Assembly: GCA_002269645.1 (NCBI GenBank)
Contig: NIVC01000738.1
Span: 372,001-436,000, forward strand
Direction of reading: 5' to 3'
DNA: 64,000 bases
Source of the DNA: Macrostomum lignano
Taxonomy: Eukaryota
Shown: one piece after another, positions 50,040-61,145 of the stretch
Position numbering within the stretch: the first letter of the stretch is position 1
How the letters are laid out: each line of letters opens with the position of its first letter
The notes under the pieces: model-generated
What the model was told of the DNA's origin: nothing
Databases searched by the model: none
The model's input: the letters and a program-made list of their open reading frames with translations, nothing else
Translations under genes and position numbers: made by a program

Positions 50040-52460
50040 AGAAGCGGAATGTCAAACATAGAAGAGCCACCATGTCAAACATAAAAGAGCCACCATGCCT
50101 AACATAAAATAAGCACTATGTCAAACATATACGTGACTCCATGTCAACGATTAAAAAGCCACCATGTCAAAACTAAACGAGCCACCACGTCTAACATTTA
50201 TGTGACTTTATGTCAAACATTTAAGTGTCACCATATCAAACATCAAATAGCCACTTTGTCGAACATTAAAGAGCCACCGTGTCAAACATAAAAGAGCCAC
50301 CATGTTAAACATAGAAGAGCCACCATGTCAAACATAAAATAGCCACCATGTCAGACATTAAAAAGCCACCGTATCAAACATAAAAGAGCCACCATGTAGA
50401 ATATTAAAGAGCCACCATGAAGAACATTAAAGAGCCACCGTGTCAAACATTTGGGAGCCACCATGTCAGACATTAAAAAGCCACCATGTCGAACATAAAA
50501 GAGTTACCATGTAGAACATTAAAGAGCCACCATTTCAAACAGTAAAGAGCCGCCATGTCAAACATTTAGGAGCCACCATGTCAAACATTTAAGAGCCACC
50601 ATCTCAAACATATATGTGACTTTATGTCAAACTTTCAAGAGCCACCATTTCGAACATTAAATAGCCACTTTGTCAAACATTAGAGAGCCGCCATGTCAAA
50701 CATAAGGAGCCACCAGGTTAAACATTTAAGAGCCACCATGTCAAACATTAAAGAGCCACTATGTCAAAACATAAAAGTGCCATCATGTCAGACATTAAAA
50801 GCCACCGTGTCAAACATAAAAGAGCCACCAGGTTAAACATTAAAGAGCCACCATGTCAAACAATAAAGAGCCACCATGTTGAACATAAAAGAGCTACCAT
50901 GTCAAACATTTAAGAGCTACCATGTCAAACATTTAAGAGCTACCATGTCAAACATTAAAGAGCCACTATGTCAAAACATAAAAGTGCCATCATGTCAAAC
51001 CTAAAAGAGCCACCATGTCAAACATAAAAGAGCCACCATTTCGAACATTAAAGAGCCATCATTTCAAACAGTAAAGAGCCACCATGTCAAACATAAAAGA
51101 GCCACCATTTCGAACATTAAAGAGCCATCATTTCAAACAGTAAAGAGCCACCATGTCAAACATAAAAGAGCCACCATGTCAAACATTAAAAAGCCACTTT
51201 GTCTAACATTAAAGAGCCACCATGTCAAACATTTAAGAGCCACCATGTCAGACATTTAAGAGCCACCATGTCAGACATTAAAAAGCCACCGTATCAAACA
51301 TAAAAGAGTTACCATGTAGAACAAAAAAAGCAACCATGTCGAACAAAAAAGAGCCACCATATAGAATATTAATTAAAGAGCCACCATGTTGAACATTTTA
51401 GAGTCACCGTGTCTAACATTTAAGATCCACCATGTTAAACATAAAAGAGCCACCATTTCAAACAGTAAAAAGCCACCATGTCGAACATAAAAGAGCCACC
51501 ATGTCAAACATTAAAAAGCGACTTTGTCTAACATTAAAGAGCCAACATGTCAAACATTAAAAAGCCACCATGTCAAACATAAAAGAGCCACCATTTCAAA
51601 CATAAAATAGCCACCATGTCAGTCATTAAAAAGCCACCGTATCAAACATAAAAGAGTTACCATGTAGAATATTAAAGAGCCACCATGTCAAACATTTAAT
51701 AGCCACCATGTTAAACATAGAAGAGCCACCATGTCAAACATTAAAAAGCCACCATGTCGAACATAAAAGAGCCACCATGTAGAATATTGAAGAGCCACCA
51801 TGAAGAACATTAAAGAGCCACCATGTCAAACATTTAAGAGCCACCATGTCAAACATTTAAGAGCCACCATCTCAAACATATTTGTGACTTTATGTCAAAC
51901 TTTAAAGAGCCACCATTTCGAACATTAAATAGCCACTATGTCAAACATTAGAGAGCCGCCGTGTCAAACATAAGGAGCCACCAGGTTAAACATTAAAGAG
52001 CCACCATGTCAAACAATAAAGAGCCACCATGTAAAACATAAAAGAGCCACCATGTCAGACAATAAAAGCCACCGTGTCAAACATAAAAGAGCCACCAGGT
52101 TAAACATTAAAGAGCCACCATGTCAAACAATAAAGAGCCACCATGTCAAACATAAAAGAGTTACCATGTCAAACATTTAAGAGCTACCATGTCAAACATT
52201 TAAGAGCTACCATGTCAAACATTAAAGAGCCACTATGTCAAAACATAATAGTGCCATCATGTCAAACCTAAAAGAGCCACCATGTCAAACATAAAAGAGC
52301 CACCATTTCGAACAGTAAAGAGCCACCATGTCAAGTATAAAAGAGCCACCATGTCAACATAAAAGAGCCACCATGTCAAACATTAAAGAGCCACCATGCC
52401 AAACATAAAAGATACACAATTTCAAACGTAAAAGTAAGCGAATTTTAAAGGAGCCACTAT
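50040..52460. repeat. Satellite D (~23 bp, AAAGAGCCACCATGTCAAACAT)
   Basis: Degenerate tandem array. Confidence 0.95.
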
Positions 52461-52499
52461 AATGCTAAGGAAATTGTCGCACTAGCTACTTATTGTCTG

Positions 52500-52872
52500 G
52501 TGGATGCTTGCTATCTGGGGATGCTTGCTATCTGGGGGATGCTTGCTATTTGGGGGATGCTATCTATCTGGGGATGCTTGCTATCTGGGGGATGCTTGCT
52601 ATCTGGGGGATGCTTGCTATCTGGGGGATGCTTGCTATCTGGGGGATGCTTGCTATCTGGGGGATGCTTGCTATCTGGGGGATGCTTGCTATCTGGGGGA
52701 TGCTTGCTATCTGGGGGATGCTTGCTATCTGGGGGATGCTTGCTATCTGGGGGATGCTTGCTATCTGGGGGATGCTTGCTATCTGGGGGATGCTTGCTAT
52801 CTGGGGGATGCTTGCTATCCGGGGGATGCTTGCAATCTGGGGGATGCTTGCTATCTGGGGGATGCTTGCTGT
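52500..52872. repeat. Minisatellite B, homogeneous 18-bp array (GGGGATGCTTGCTATCTG)
   Basis: About 20 tandem copies. Confidence 0.95.
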
Positions 52873-53005
52873 CTTTTTGCATTGCACTTCATTTAAGTAT
52901 TTTGTCTGTTTTCTTTGTGAATACTTTATTTGGCTATCTTTTTGTTACTTGTAGAGAGCAGAGATTCTATACAGATGCCCCCTAACGGGGGGCGAAGATT
53001 GCTAG

Positions 53006-53220
53006 TCACTCTCTAAATCTTTTGGTTTGTGTTCCCTCGTGTTCTTTCTTTTCTTGTACTGTACCTGCGGCTATTGGAGAAAGACTGGTAGGACTCGCCG
53101 ACCGGCGATAGGCGATTAGGATTAATAGCTTTAAAATCTCCAAACGCTCCAAGTAGGTTTGTCTAGGGCCTAAATAATTGCTTACCGTGCATGCTATTAT
53201 CTAATTGCCTATTTATCACA
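53006..53220 (+). repeat. 3' LTR, right part (215 bp)
   Basis: Matches 11579-11793. Confidence 0.97.
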
Positions 53221-54393
53221 CAGGGCCGGCTCCGTTCAAAAGGTGGACGCTCGCCAGGGATTGGGCGTCGAGCAGGCGGCGCTGCGGCAGGTCCACCAGC
53301 AACCCGTGGTGCCGGAGAAAATCTGCGCCGATTAGTGGTCGGGAAACCGCTGCCAGAACGAAAGGCCACGAGCAACGCCGGATGCCAAGATCCAGAGTGA
53401 GCTGGCGTGTGCCGAAAGTCTGGATTTTTCTGCCGTTGGCTGCATAGAGCGGTGGTCCTTGGCACTTCAGTCGGGCGTCTGTTCCGGCGACCGGGAAAAT
53501 ACTGATCTCGGCGCCCGTGTCCACTAGGAAGCGCCGGCCTGACTGTACATCCGGGATGAGGAGCAGACTGCTGTCGCCGGCCGCCGAGCTGTTCACTGAC
53601 GGCCGGCCTGCTCGTCTCCCTGAAACTTGCATGGTGCTTCGCAGCGTCTAGCCTTCGCGCCGAACTTCTTGTGATAGTAACAAAGGCCTTTGGCTTCCCC
53701 GGGGCGACCTTAGAGTCCTGCTAAAGCGGTTGGTACCGCTCTGACGTGCGACTGAGATCACAGGAAGGTCGGGCTGCTGAACTTCTGCAACCACTGGCTG
53801 CGGTCGGCTTGTCAAGAGCTTGTCGGCGAGGAGCGCCACTGCTCGCGGGTCTTTAAATCAGCGGAGACTAACGCTATGCGGATGTCCACCGGAAGCTGCT
53901 GGCGGAAAAGCTCTTCAAAAAGCAGGCACGGCGAATCGTCGCCCAGCAGAGCCAACATTTCGTCCATTAGTTCGGACGGCCGCCTATCACCGAGGCCAGC
54001 TATGTTGAGCAACCGGTTGGCCCGCTGTTGTCGCGACAAACTAAAAGTGCCAAGAAGGCGAGCTTTCAGCTGCATGTACTTGCCCGTGTTGGGAGGGCTC
54101 TCAAGCACGTCTAGGAGTCGCTCGGCAGACTGTTGGTCAAGTGCTGCGACCAGGTAGTGGTATTTGGTCTCGTCCTGTGTAATGCCTCGCAATGTGAACT
54201 GCGCTTCTGCTTGGATGAACCAAGCTCGGGGCTGGGAGGTCCAGAACTGCAGCAGCTTGAGTGCCACGGCATTGATGGGAGCTGTGGTTCCGCCGACTGC
54301 AAAGGTGACTTCAGGTTCTGAAGGTTCTGAAGAATTGACGGTAGCTCCGTCAGTTGTGCTACCGTTAGCTTCTTCGTGTTCGGGCATACTCAA
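53221..54393 (-). mobile_element. gag: Outer CsRN1-like Gypsy, 5' half: gag and protease
   Basis: Gag AVALKLLQFWTSQPRAWFIQAEAQF..GDRRPSELM with the CHCC motif CYYHKKFGAKARRCEAPC; protease FLVDTGAEISIFP..LIGADFL. Frameshift near 53840. Confidence 0.92.
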
Positions 54394-54405
54394 AAGCTAT
54401 TTGAG

Positions 54406-54420
54406 CAGTCGGGCTCACCA
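54406..54420 (-). promoter_or_regulatory. PBS of the outer Gypsy (TGGTGAGCCCGAC, resembling a tRNA-Trp-type PBS)
   Basis: Lies between the LTR and gag; resembles TGGTGACCCCGAC. Confidence 0.65.
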
Positions 54421-54421
54421 G

Positions 54422-54571
54422 TTTGGCGGCTTGCTGAGCAAGGCGAATCTTAAAGGAACACGGATGGTTTTATATTTGATTATGCCCGTGGGCTAAATAG
54501 ATTAGCACGGTGCGTAAAAGCAAAAGTGGTGTCATAGACTACGAGTGAAAGTCATTAGGCTAGCCGCCACA
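54422..54571 (-). repeat. Putative 150-bp 5' LTR of the outer Gypsy
   Basis: Terminal inverted repeats TGTGGCGGC ... GCCGCCAAA next to the PBS; no partner LTR in the window. Confidence 0.6.
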
Positions 54572-54699
54572 GGGTTGTATTTAATGAATTTTCGACAAAA
54601 ATAAAAACTTTTCAAAACCCAAAACGCATGAACAAGTAACACGAATTCGAGGTCGATCCACAGTCAACAATTTAGTTTGTTCCAGTCGCACTATAGGGG

Positions 54700-55800
54700 T
54701 CACGATGTACCGTACTTAAAATCAATTGCTAATAGCGACGGAGCAGTAATAAAGTTAAAATTGAGTTGACAGTCAACGCAGTCGTCGACTAAGTCTTTTT
54801 CCGCCTCTCGTAGTAGTATTTTGGACTCAAAAAGACTCGATGAGTTGGCGATTTGAATGTCCGAGGTCCGCTTGTACTGTACGTGCGGACTCCAACTAGA
54901 CTCTGGTGGCCAGTCCGTTCCATAATTTGCTGCAAGGACCACTAGGAACACTTACTTCGTTCTAGTCTAGTATTCCTTGATTTGCTGTTCTTCTAGCCAG
55001 ACTGAAAGAGTACCGCTCCTCAGATACTTGGCCTTGAAGAAACAATGGCGAGAGAAGCAGCCATGCCCCGAGAGGGCCATGCTAACTTCTTGACGTACAT
55101 GTAACATGGGCTGCATGAGAACCCATGATGTGCAACCTCTGGACTCTGGCGCTAAAAGGTACGCAACCACCAGGCATTGTCCCCTAGACTTCCGCCTCTG
55201 GATAGTACGGTGGCTGACGTTGCAGCCAAGATCCCATTATCTAGACAACGGGCCCGGGTTGTTTTCAGGTACACGTGCCAGAGGCGCGGCCGCCACCAGG
55301 AGTGCAGGAGTGCACCCGGTGAAAACTCCCAATAACGAGACAGGACTCCCGGTCTGTAACAGACGAAGGTTCTTGACCTCAACTGTACTAGAAATGACCG
55401 ATTAAGGGGCTCTATGGGAGTATGCGAGGCATACAAGGACAGTCCAGCCAGTGCTGGAAACGGGGCAGACCGGGCTGACTATACCCAAAGACAGCGGAAA
55501 CGAGAGACGAATACCTTACAGACGCGGCCAGACGCGACCGACGGGCATTGCTGCTTGGCACGGTGCTCGTCGCATAGTCGCGGCAGCAGCAGCAGTCACG
55601 GACGATCATTCCAGACGAGGCGCGTCAGGAGGCTTGAAGCCAAGGGAAGTTACTGCTCAGCACCGAAGGGAGAGAAAAAACTCCAAACAGCTGTAACAGC
55701 TCCAAAGGGTGGGAGAAGAAACGGTGGGGGAAGAGAGTAGGGAAAGGGAAAGGGGGAGCGCAGTGGCGGAGGAAGAGGCGGTGCCAAGGAGATGGCACTC
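54700..55800 (-). pseudogene. Decayed GC-rich ORF remnant(s) behind a TATA box at 55823-55830; product unknown
   Basis: Chain of short minus-strand ORFs; same promoter motif as in the left flank. Confidence 0.3.
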
Positions 55801-56039
55801 ATGGGCTCAAAAAACGAGCTCTTATTTATAGCCCTGAGATCACGCGCCACGCGATCACGTGAGCGCGATTCGTGATGTTGAAAGGCGTGACTTGTCCTTG
55901 ACCTCCGTTACCAAGCACTACTAGACCCAATTTTTCCCTCAAATATTTTTCTAGCAACTCCTTTTTAATTGTTTCCTTTGCTGAATGAGCAAGTCTATTA
56001 TGTCTTTAAGAATTTTTTCAACGACTTCAGAATGATTAA

Positions 56040-56603
56040 CTAGCTTCCGCCCTGCTTTTCTTTAGGCACAAAAGAAGTATCTAACAATTTGTTTCTTTTC
56101 TCTCTGTATTCTGAATAAATTTAGAGAGCTGCTTGAACCTCTTCTAGAGTTTTTCTGTTATCATCAATTGCCTTTTAGGAGTAAATATTTAATCTCTCTC
56201 TGTTGATTTGCCAGATCTCTGAGAACAATGTATTTTACCTTCTGCTTTTGGCAATGCATTCTCACAGTTGCAAACAACGACATGAATTTTACAGTTTCAA
56301 AACCACTCATTGCCCCGATTACTACTCCAATGACTAAGGGATTCAATGTCAGTACCGATGTTGCTATGCCAATTGCTGTAGCAGCCAAGAGACTTAAATT
56401 TCCTGTCACAATGTTGATCTAATTTATCCTGCTACTTTGTCGTTTGTATTGTTTACCTTTTTGCTATAAATTGTAAGATCTTTAGTAATGCATTCAATAC
56501 TGCCTTTGATTTCACCCTTTCTCTGATTGAAATAGTCCCGCTCCCTCAAATCTGCTTCATGCAGCTCAACCACAGGATAGATGTGTTCATTTTCATCATT
56601 CAT
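56040..56603 (-). pseudogene. Hydrophobic Polinton/adintovirus-type ORF, disrupted
   Basis: MNDENEHIYP.. start, central hydrophobic hairpin (LSLLAATAIGIATSVLTLNPLVIGVVIG), basic region, ..EEV..IYSEYREKR tail. This layout resembles a conserved Polinton ORF; several stops and frameshifts. Confidence 0.45.
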
Positions 56604-56639
56604 TTTTATGTGGCAATTATGTCTAAAATCGGATAAAGT

Positions 56640-57977
56640 TGAAAGCCTGAAACTATAAGAACAGTTGATCCTTCAGTGGCTGAATTAATATGCACTCTAT
56701 AAACAGAGAATTTTTCGGTGGAAGCTACTTCAAAATATTTCATCACTCCAGGAACTAAACCAGCGTTTTCGGTAGACAAAATATTCTTAAAGTCTCTCTT
56801 GTTATTGCTTCCTTTCAGAATAAAACTTTTTGGTTGATTTTTTCTAATTTCATCACCTACTGCTTTGGTTCATTTCAATCCGAATTTCTAAATTTGAATA
56901 GACTCGGGAATTTGTAATGCAATGTAAGAATTGAGATCATTCCCCGATGCCCATTCTGAATTAGATACTATATAACCCCAATTATCTGACGTTGCAAATG
57001 CTCCTGGTGACGCTACATCGAAACCCCTTTCTCCATAGTTTTGACGTGTTGCTAGTGAGGGAATATATCCTGTATAAGATTTGAAACCTAGTCCCCGCCT
57101 TAGTCGCAGCTCCACTGATTCAAGTGCATTGTCTACGTATAGCTTTGGTACAGCTTGAAGTCTATCTATAGGCCACACTAAATCATTAACCACTGTTTGT
57201 CTCTCAAGTAATTCAACTTTTGTAAGCTTTACGGAACCAGAAAAATTAAGAGAATAATGGAAATAATATGAGGGATTGGGTATTTTTTTCCTAAGATGTG
57301 CATTGCCCCTTCGTAGTTCAATGGGTGCACTTTGTTCAACAGGTGTCCAGTTTGTTCCATTTAGGCTCACACTAACAGACCAACCAGGCCACACCTCTCC
57401 TTCCAACTTTATCTCTACAACTTTCCTAGCTCTTTTCAGAAATTGAACTCGTATCCACTTGTCTGAGTCATCTACACTGCTCCATTCTGAAGCTGGGTTT
57501 GAATCTGCAACATGATATGCTGCTGAAGAGTAATGAGAAGCGGTCACTTTCATGTCAGGATGGGAAGCGTTTGAAGTCAGTAATAATGACTAATTTCGAA
57601 CTCTCTGTACCTCCCGCAGTACCTTGCCTTTCTGCTAACAAAGTGTCAATCTCAGTTTTAGAATACATCTTAGTGTCAATTTCGGTTTTAGAATACATCT
57701 TAGTGTCAATCTCAGTTTTTGTGTAGACATTGTTTACGCGCCCATGAGCATCGTCAATTAATTGTAACACGGTGATATTCATTGCGTCACTATCTTCCTT
57801 GCAATAAGAGTCTGAAACATTTCTCTTTGCTAACAATAAATTATCTATTTCCTCTCTCTTATATCCTTCATTTTCATTGATGTATCGATCATCAGCTAAC
57901 GCTATTGTTATTCCAGGTGCTATATCATTTGAATTTGACGAGTAACCAAATTGATTTGCAGTATTCTTGTAACTCAT
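56640..57977 (-). pseudogene. Putative fiber/spike protein: YxKxEID repeats plus two F5/8 type C (discoidin)-like domains; frameshift near 57580 and stops near 56890
   Basis: YTKTEIDTKM x3 (27-bp repeats, 57644-57728); LTSNASHPDMKVTAS..EWSS..WIRVQF; GYIPSL..GFDVAS..EWAS..YIALQIPE..PKSFILKGSN. Confidence 0.6.
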
Positions 57978-58400
57978 TTTAATTGCTGCAAAATTTCATT
58001 ATAGCTATCTCCTTTATCGATTTGGTGTAAAAAGTACAGAAAAATTTGACCACAATATTTCTTATCAAAAGTTTGAATTTGTTCTTCCATGTCTCCATAT
58101 ATTCTATTCTTTGTGTGATTAAACTTTTCGATAGTTTCTAGTGTGGGTGGTAGTGCATAGGAATAAAAAAACTTTATCAGGAGCTGAAAAGATAGCTGAA
58201 TGATGTATACCTCGTTCTTTCGAAGTGTGAATATTTGTCATAAAGTAACCATACTGTGGTAAATCAACAATTTCATCTCTAATGGCATAGCGAAATGGTT
58301 TTAACTTGAGATATTTTGCCCAATTTATCATATCAATATTTGTCGTAGTGTCAGTCCCAAACTTTTGTTTAAATGCATTCCATGTCTCAGCTTCGCTCAT
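57974..58400 (-). pseudogene. Adenain-like cysteine protease (Polinton PRO), one frameshift in a T run near 58165
   Basis: TTNIDMINWAKYLKL..RDEI..NIHTS..GIHHSA, then in the shifted frame FYSYALPP..QIQTFDKKYCGQIFLYFL (His and QxQ..CG Cys motifs). The stop overlaps the next ATG (ATGA). Confidence 0.75.
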
Positions 58401-58409
58401 TTTCAACAC

Positions 58410-59201
58410 TCATACTTGTCGTATGTGAAGATTTATAAATATTTTCTCGCCATCAAAGTCGTAGAGTACACCAGACTCATCTTCGATGACAAAGTCGAAT
58501 GTACTCAACATGTTTGTAGTTAGTGGTAGGTACACAGGATTTTCAGGCTCTTGAATAATTTTACTTCCCATTGGGACAGAGAACGATGGAATTGAAAGAA
58601 GTATTTGCTTATCAATTAAATGATTTCCATTAACTGGATCAGTGATAAAACCCCCTTTGATATTGAGACAACGAACCATGATCGCACTTCTAGCGCCGTC
58701 TATCCGAGCTGGATTTGGAGCTCTCTCAAATGGTTTCAAATACACTTCCGAATTGAATCCCAACAGTCTTCTAAAGTTATTGGAATGTGCATCCCTGAAA
58801 TCAACTTGATAATCTGTGGCTAACCGTAACTCAACTCTACGCGTGTCTAGGCTTGCACTGAAGACAATTGCCCCCTCTTTCCAATCATTTGCAGCTGTTA
58901 GCAATCTTTGAATCTCGCTTGACAGACTTTTAACTTCCCAACATCCCGCTTGAATCTGTAACTTTTTCCATGTTCTACCACTATCCCTCGAGTATCGCAA
59001 CTCATTATTGCCTCCTTCAATATTGTTAATGGCATCAAAGACTGCAAACTTTTTTATACCAGCTTCGTATTCTCGATCTTCATAAAGATTTATAGGAGTG
59101 CCTAGAGTTTGTCGAAATGGGTTTTTTATTGAAAAGAAGTCAAATGTGCGTTGAAATTTTTTACTCAAGAGGATGTTGACTTTTTCTATTTCTTTTTCCA
59201 T
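58410..59201 (-). CDS. Penton / minor capsid protein (Polinton PX-like)
   Basis: Intact 263 aa with LLGF..Y, IMVRCLNIKGG, P..PMGSKIIQEPENPVYLPL, IEDESG..DFDGEKIFINLHIR, the single-jelly-roll penton pattern. Confidence 0.8.
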   Translation of the reverse strand: MEKEIEKVNILLSKKFQRTFDFFSIKNPFRQTLGTPINLYEDREYEAGIKKFAVFDAINNIEGGNNELRYSRDSGRTWKKLQIQAGCWEVKSLSSEIQRLLTAANDWKEGAIVFSASLDTRRVELRLATDYQVDFRDAHSNNFRRLLGFNSEVYLKPFERAPNPARIDGARSAIMVRCLNIKGGFITDPVNGNHLIDKQILLSIPSFSVPMGSKIIQEPENPVYLPLTTNMLSTFDFVIEDESGVLYDFDGEKIFINLHIRQV

Positions 59202-59271
59202 TTTTAAGCAAGTAATTCTGATAACTCTTTATCAACATTATTATGTCCTTCTGACTTAGCTGCTATTAAAG

Positions 59272-60018
59272 TTAACACTCTTTCACTGAGTCCAGATCCC
59301 GGTTTTCTCGATATCCTGGTGGATTATCTTTCAATATCCTTACTGCTTGCTTATAATTCCCACTTGATTTGGCCGCTGGATTTTTACAATATTCTATGAG
59401 GTTAACATAATCCTGCAATGTTTGCATCTTGAATTGCTTCAGCTCTTCACCATTTTCAGTTACTTTAGGCATTTTGAACAACTCTTCAAGATCTTCAGAA
59501 AATGGTATTCGGAATTCGTTGACAATGATGTCCCGACCTTGTTCATGGAATTCAACATCTATTACAGATGATCCAAATATATATCCAGCATCAGTTTTTT
59601 GAATCCGTATACTAGGTGCTGGTCTTTGAGTTATTGGAATCTTTCCAATTTCTTCAATTATTTTGTCAAATACTTCTAGAGGTTCAAACCGTCCTTCTGT
59701 TGTACTTATTTGCGGAACTGGAACTTTTTGATACTGAAGTTTATCAACAAGGTTGGCATTGACATCAATAAATTCATCAAGCTTTTCTGTGACAGGTTTT
59801 TGAGCTAATGGAGCCACTCTTGCATATAAACTCTCTTCTCTAATTTTAAAATAGCGTTGAGCATCATTTCGGGATTTGTACATCTCTCGCTGCTTTGATA
59901 AATTGATGAGTTCTCTTATATATTGACAAGCCGTTGAAACCCGCGGATTTTGAACCCGGGGAATTCCAATACCCGGAACTACTTTTGCATGTATTCTGAA
60001 ATCTAAGGCCATACACAA
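59272..60018 (-). CDS. Conserved Polinton hypothetical protein (PZ-like); true start uncertain
   Basis: IIVNEFRIPFSEDLEELFKMP..LQDYVNLI..SGNYKQAVRIL pattern, adjacent to the penton. Confidence 0.5.
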   Translation of the reverse strand: MCMALDFRIHAKVVPGIGIPRVQNPRVSTACQYIRELINLSKQREMYKSRNDAQRYFKIREESLYARVAPLAQKPVTEKLDEFIDVNANLVDKLQYQKVPVPQISTTEGRFEPLEVFDKIIEEIGKIPITQRPAPSIRIQKTDAGYIFGSSVIDVEFHEQGRDIIVNEFRIPFSEDLEELFKMPKVTENGEELKQFKMQTLQDYVNLIEYCKNPAAKSSGNYKQAVRILKDNPPGYRENRDLDSVKEC

Positions 60019-60619
60019 ACAAAAACTTGTTAATAGTTAGTAGGATAGAGGTAGATATAAAATGGAGCACATTCGTGTAGGGTTTGAGACATTGTTGGCT
60101 GGGGTACTGCGCAGAATGTCAGGCAATGTCTGTCTGACTCTAAAACATATATTGCTAAACTCTGGTCTCTCCCTGACTCTCCCTACGTCCCTTGGATCCT
60201 TTAAAATTTCTATCGTCTATTTGTTTCCTCTCATCTCTCTCGTCCCTTGTCTCTCCTCTCTCCCCTCTCCCCTCTTCTCTCGTATCTTCCCTCATCTCTC
60301 TTCTCTTTTATCTCTCTTATCTCATCTCTTGTCTCTTCTTTTCTCTCTCCTCTCTCCTCTCCTCTCTACTTCTTCGTTTTCTCTCTCCTCTCCTCTCTCC
60401 TCTCTCCCCCTCTCCTCTTTCCTCTCACCCCCTCTTCTCTCTTATCTTCCTTCTCCTTTCTATTATTTTCTCTCTTCTCTTAACTCTCTCCTCTACTCTC
60501 TCATCTCTCCCCTCTTCTCTCGTCTCTTCCCTCACCTCTTTTCTCTCTCGTCCTTGCTCTCTCATTTTTCCTTTCTCTTCTTTTATATTTTCTCTCTTAT
60601 CTCTTCTCATTTCTCTCTG

Positions 60620-60717
<98 letters not shown>

Positions 60718-60720
60718 GTC
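59916..60720. repeat. Block duplicated at 61525-62400 (unique ~300 bp plus CT-rich tail)
   Basis: Shared ttatatattgacaagc.gttgaaacccgcggattttgaacccggggaattcc and downstream sequence, with small indels. Confidence 0.9.
60220..60720. repeat. CT-rich low-complexity tract with (CT)n microsatellite
   Basis: Pyrimidine-only tract. Confidence 0.95.
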
Positions 60721-60726
60721 TCTCTG

Positions 60727-61145
60727 CATCCGTGGTCGCATGCTGGCGCACATCGGTGACATCCGGCACACCCGTGACACTCCGGTAGCGCGCCACTTCA
60801 CCAGCGGTGGCCACAGTCTGACGGACTTCGCCTTCACCGGCATCTGGACACGCGATGGCACAGGACCCAGAGCTGACGAGCGGCGTCAACGCCAGGAGGC
60901 CAAGTTTATCGAGGTCCTGAGGACTCATGTCTCTCTCCTCTCATGGCGCCAACGAACTTGCCGGCATACTGCACAAACCGGCCATCCCGCTGATCCTGCC
61001 CCACTGTGCGACCTCCCACGCCCTGGCTGCCAAAGTGAAGGACAGGGTGATACGCCACTGCGAGACCCCGGTGCTGCCCGCCTACACCAAGGGGAGAAGC
61101 CTCCGGACTCTGCTCTCTCATAGTCGGCTCGATCCTGCCAACTAG
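60727..61145 (+). mobile_element. Penelope-like element fragments (GIY-YIG C-terminal part and RT-endonuclease linker-like piece)
   Basis: [47 protein letters not shown] and PLILPH..PVLPAYTKGRSLRTLL resemble PLE C-termini. Confidence 0.6.

Larger units (their letters stand above)
49449..53005 (+). mobile_element. Non-autonomous Helitron unit 5
   Basis: CTAG|TCCTATATACTAAAAATG junction; 3' GCCCCCTAACGGGGGGCGAAGATTGCTAG followed by the target T. Confidence 0.88.
10605..53220 (+). mobile_element. Inner young Ty3/Gypsy LTR retrotransposon (about 11.2 kb without the Helitron insert in its 3' LTR), CAGG target-site duplication
   Basis: TGT...ACA termini; CAGG at 10601-10604 and 53221-53224; two LTRs, gag, pol and PPT. 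Confidence 0.95.

Noticed and set aside
22301-52872. CRISPR-like appearance of the short repeat arrays
   Set aside because: No unique spacers, no cas genes, eukaryotic context.
52493-52985. Repetitive ORFs (LGDACY)n and related frames
   Set aside because: Product of the 18-bp minisatellite.
59864-60200. C-terminus of a Polinton packaging ATPase upstream of the PZ-like gene
   Set aside because: Position is plausible but no Walker or other diagnostic motif is readable.
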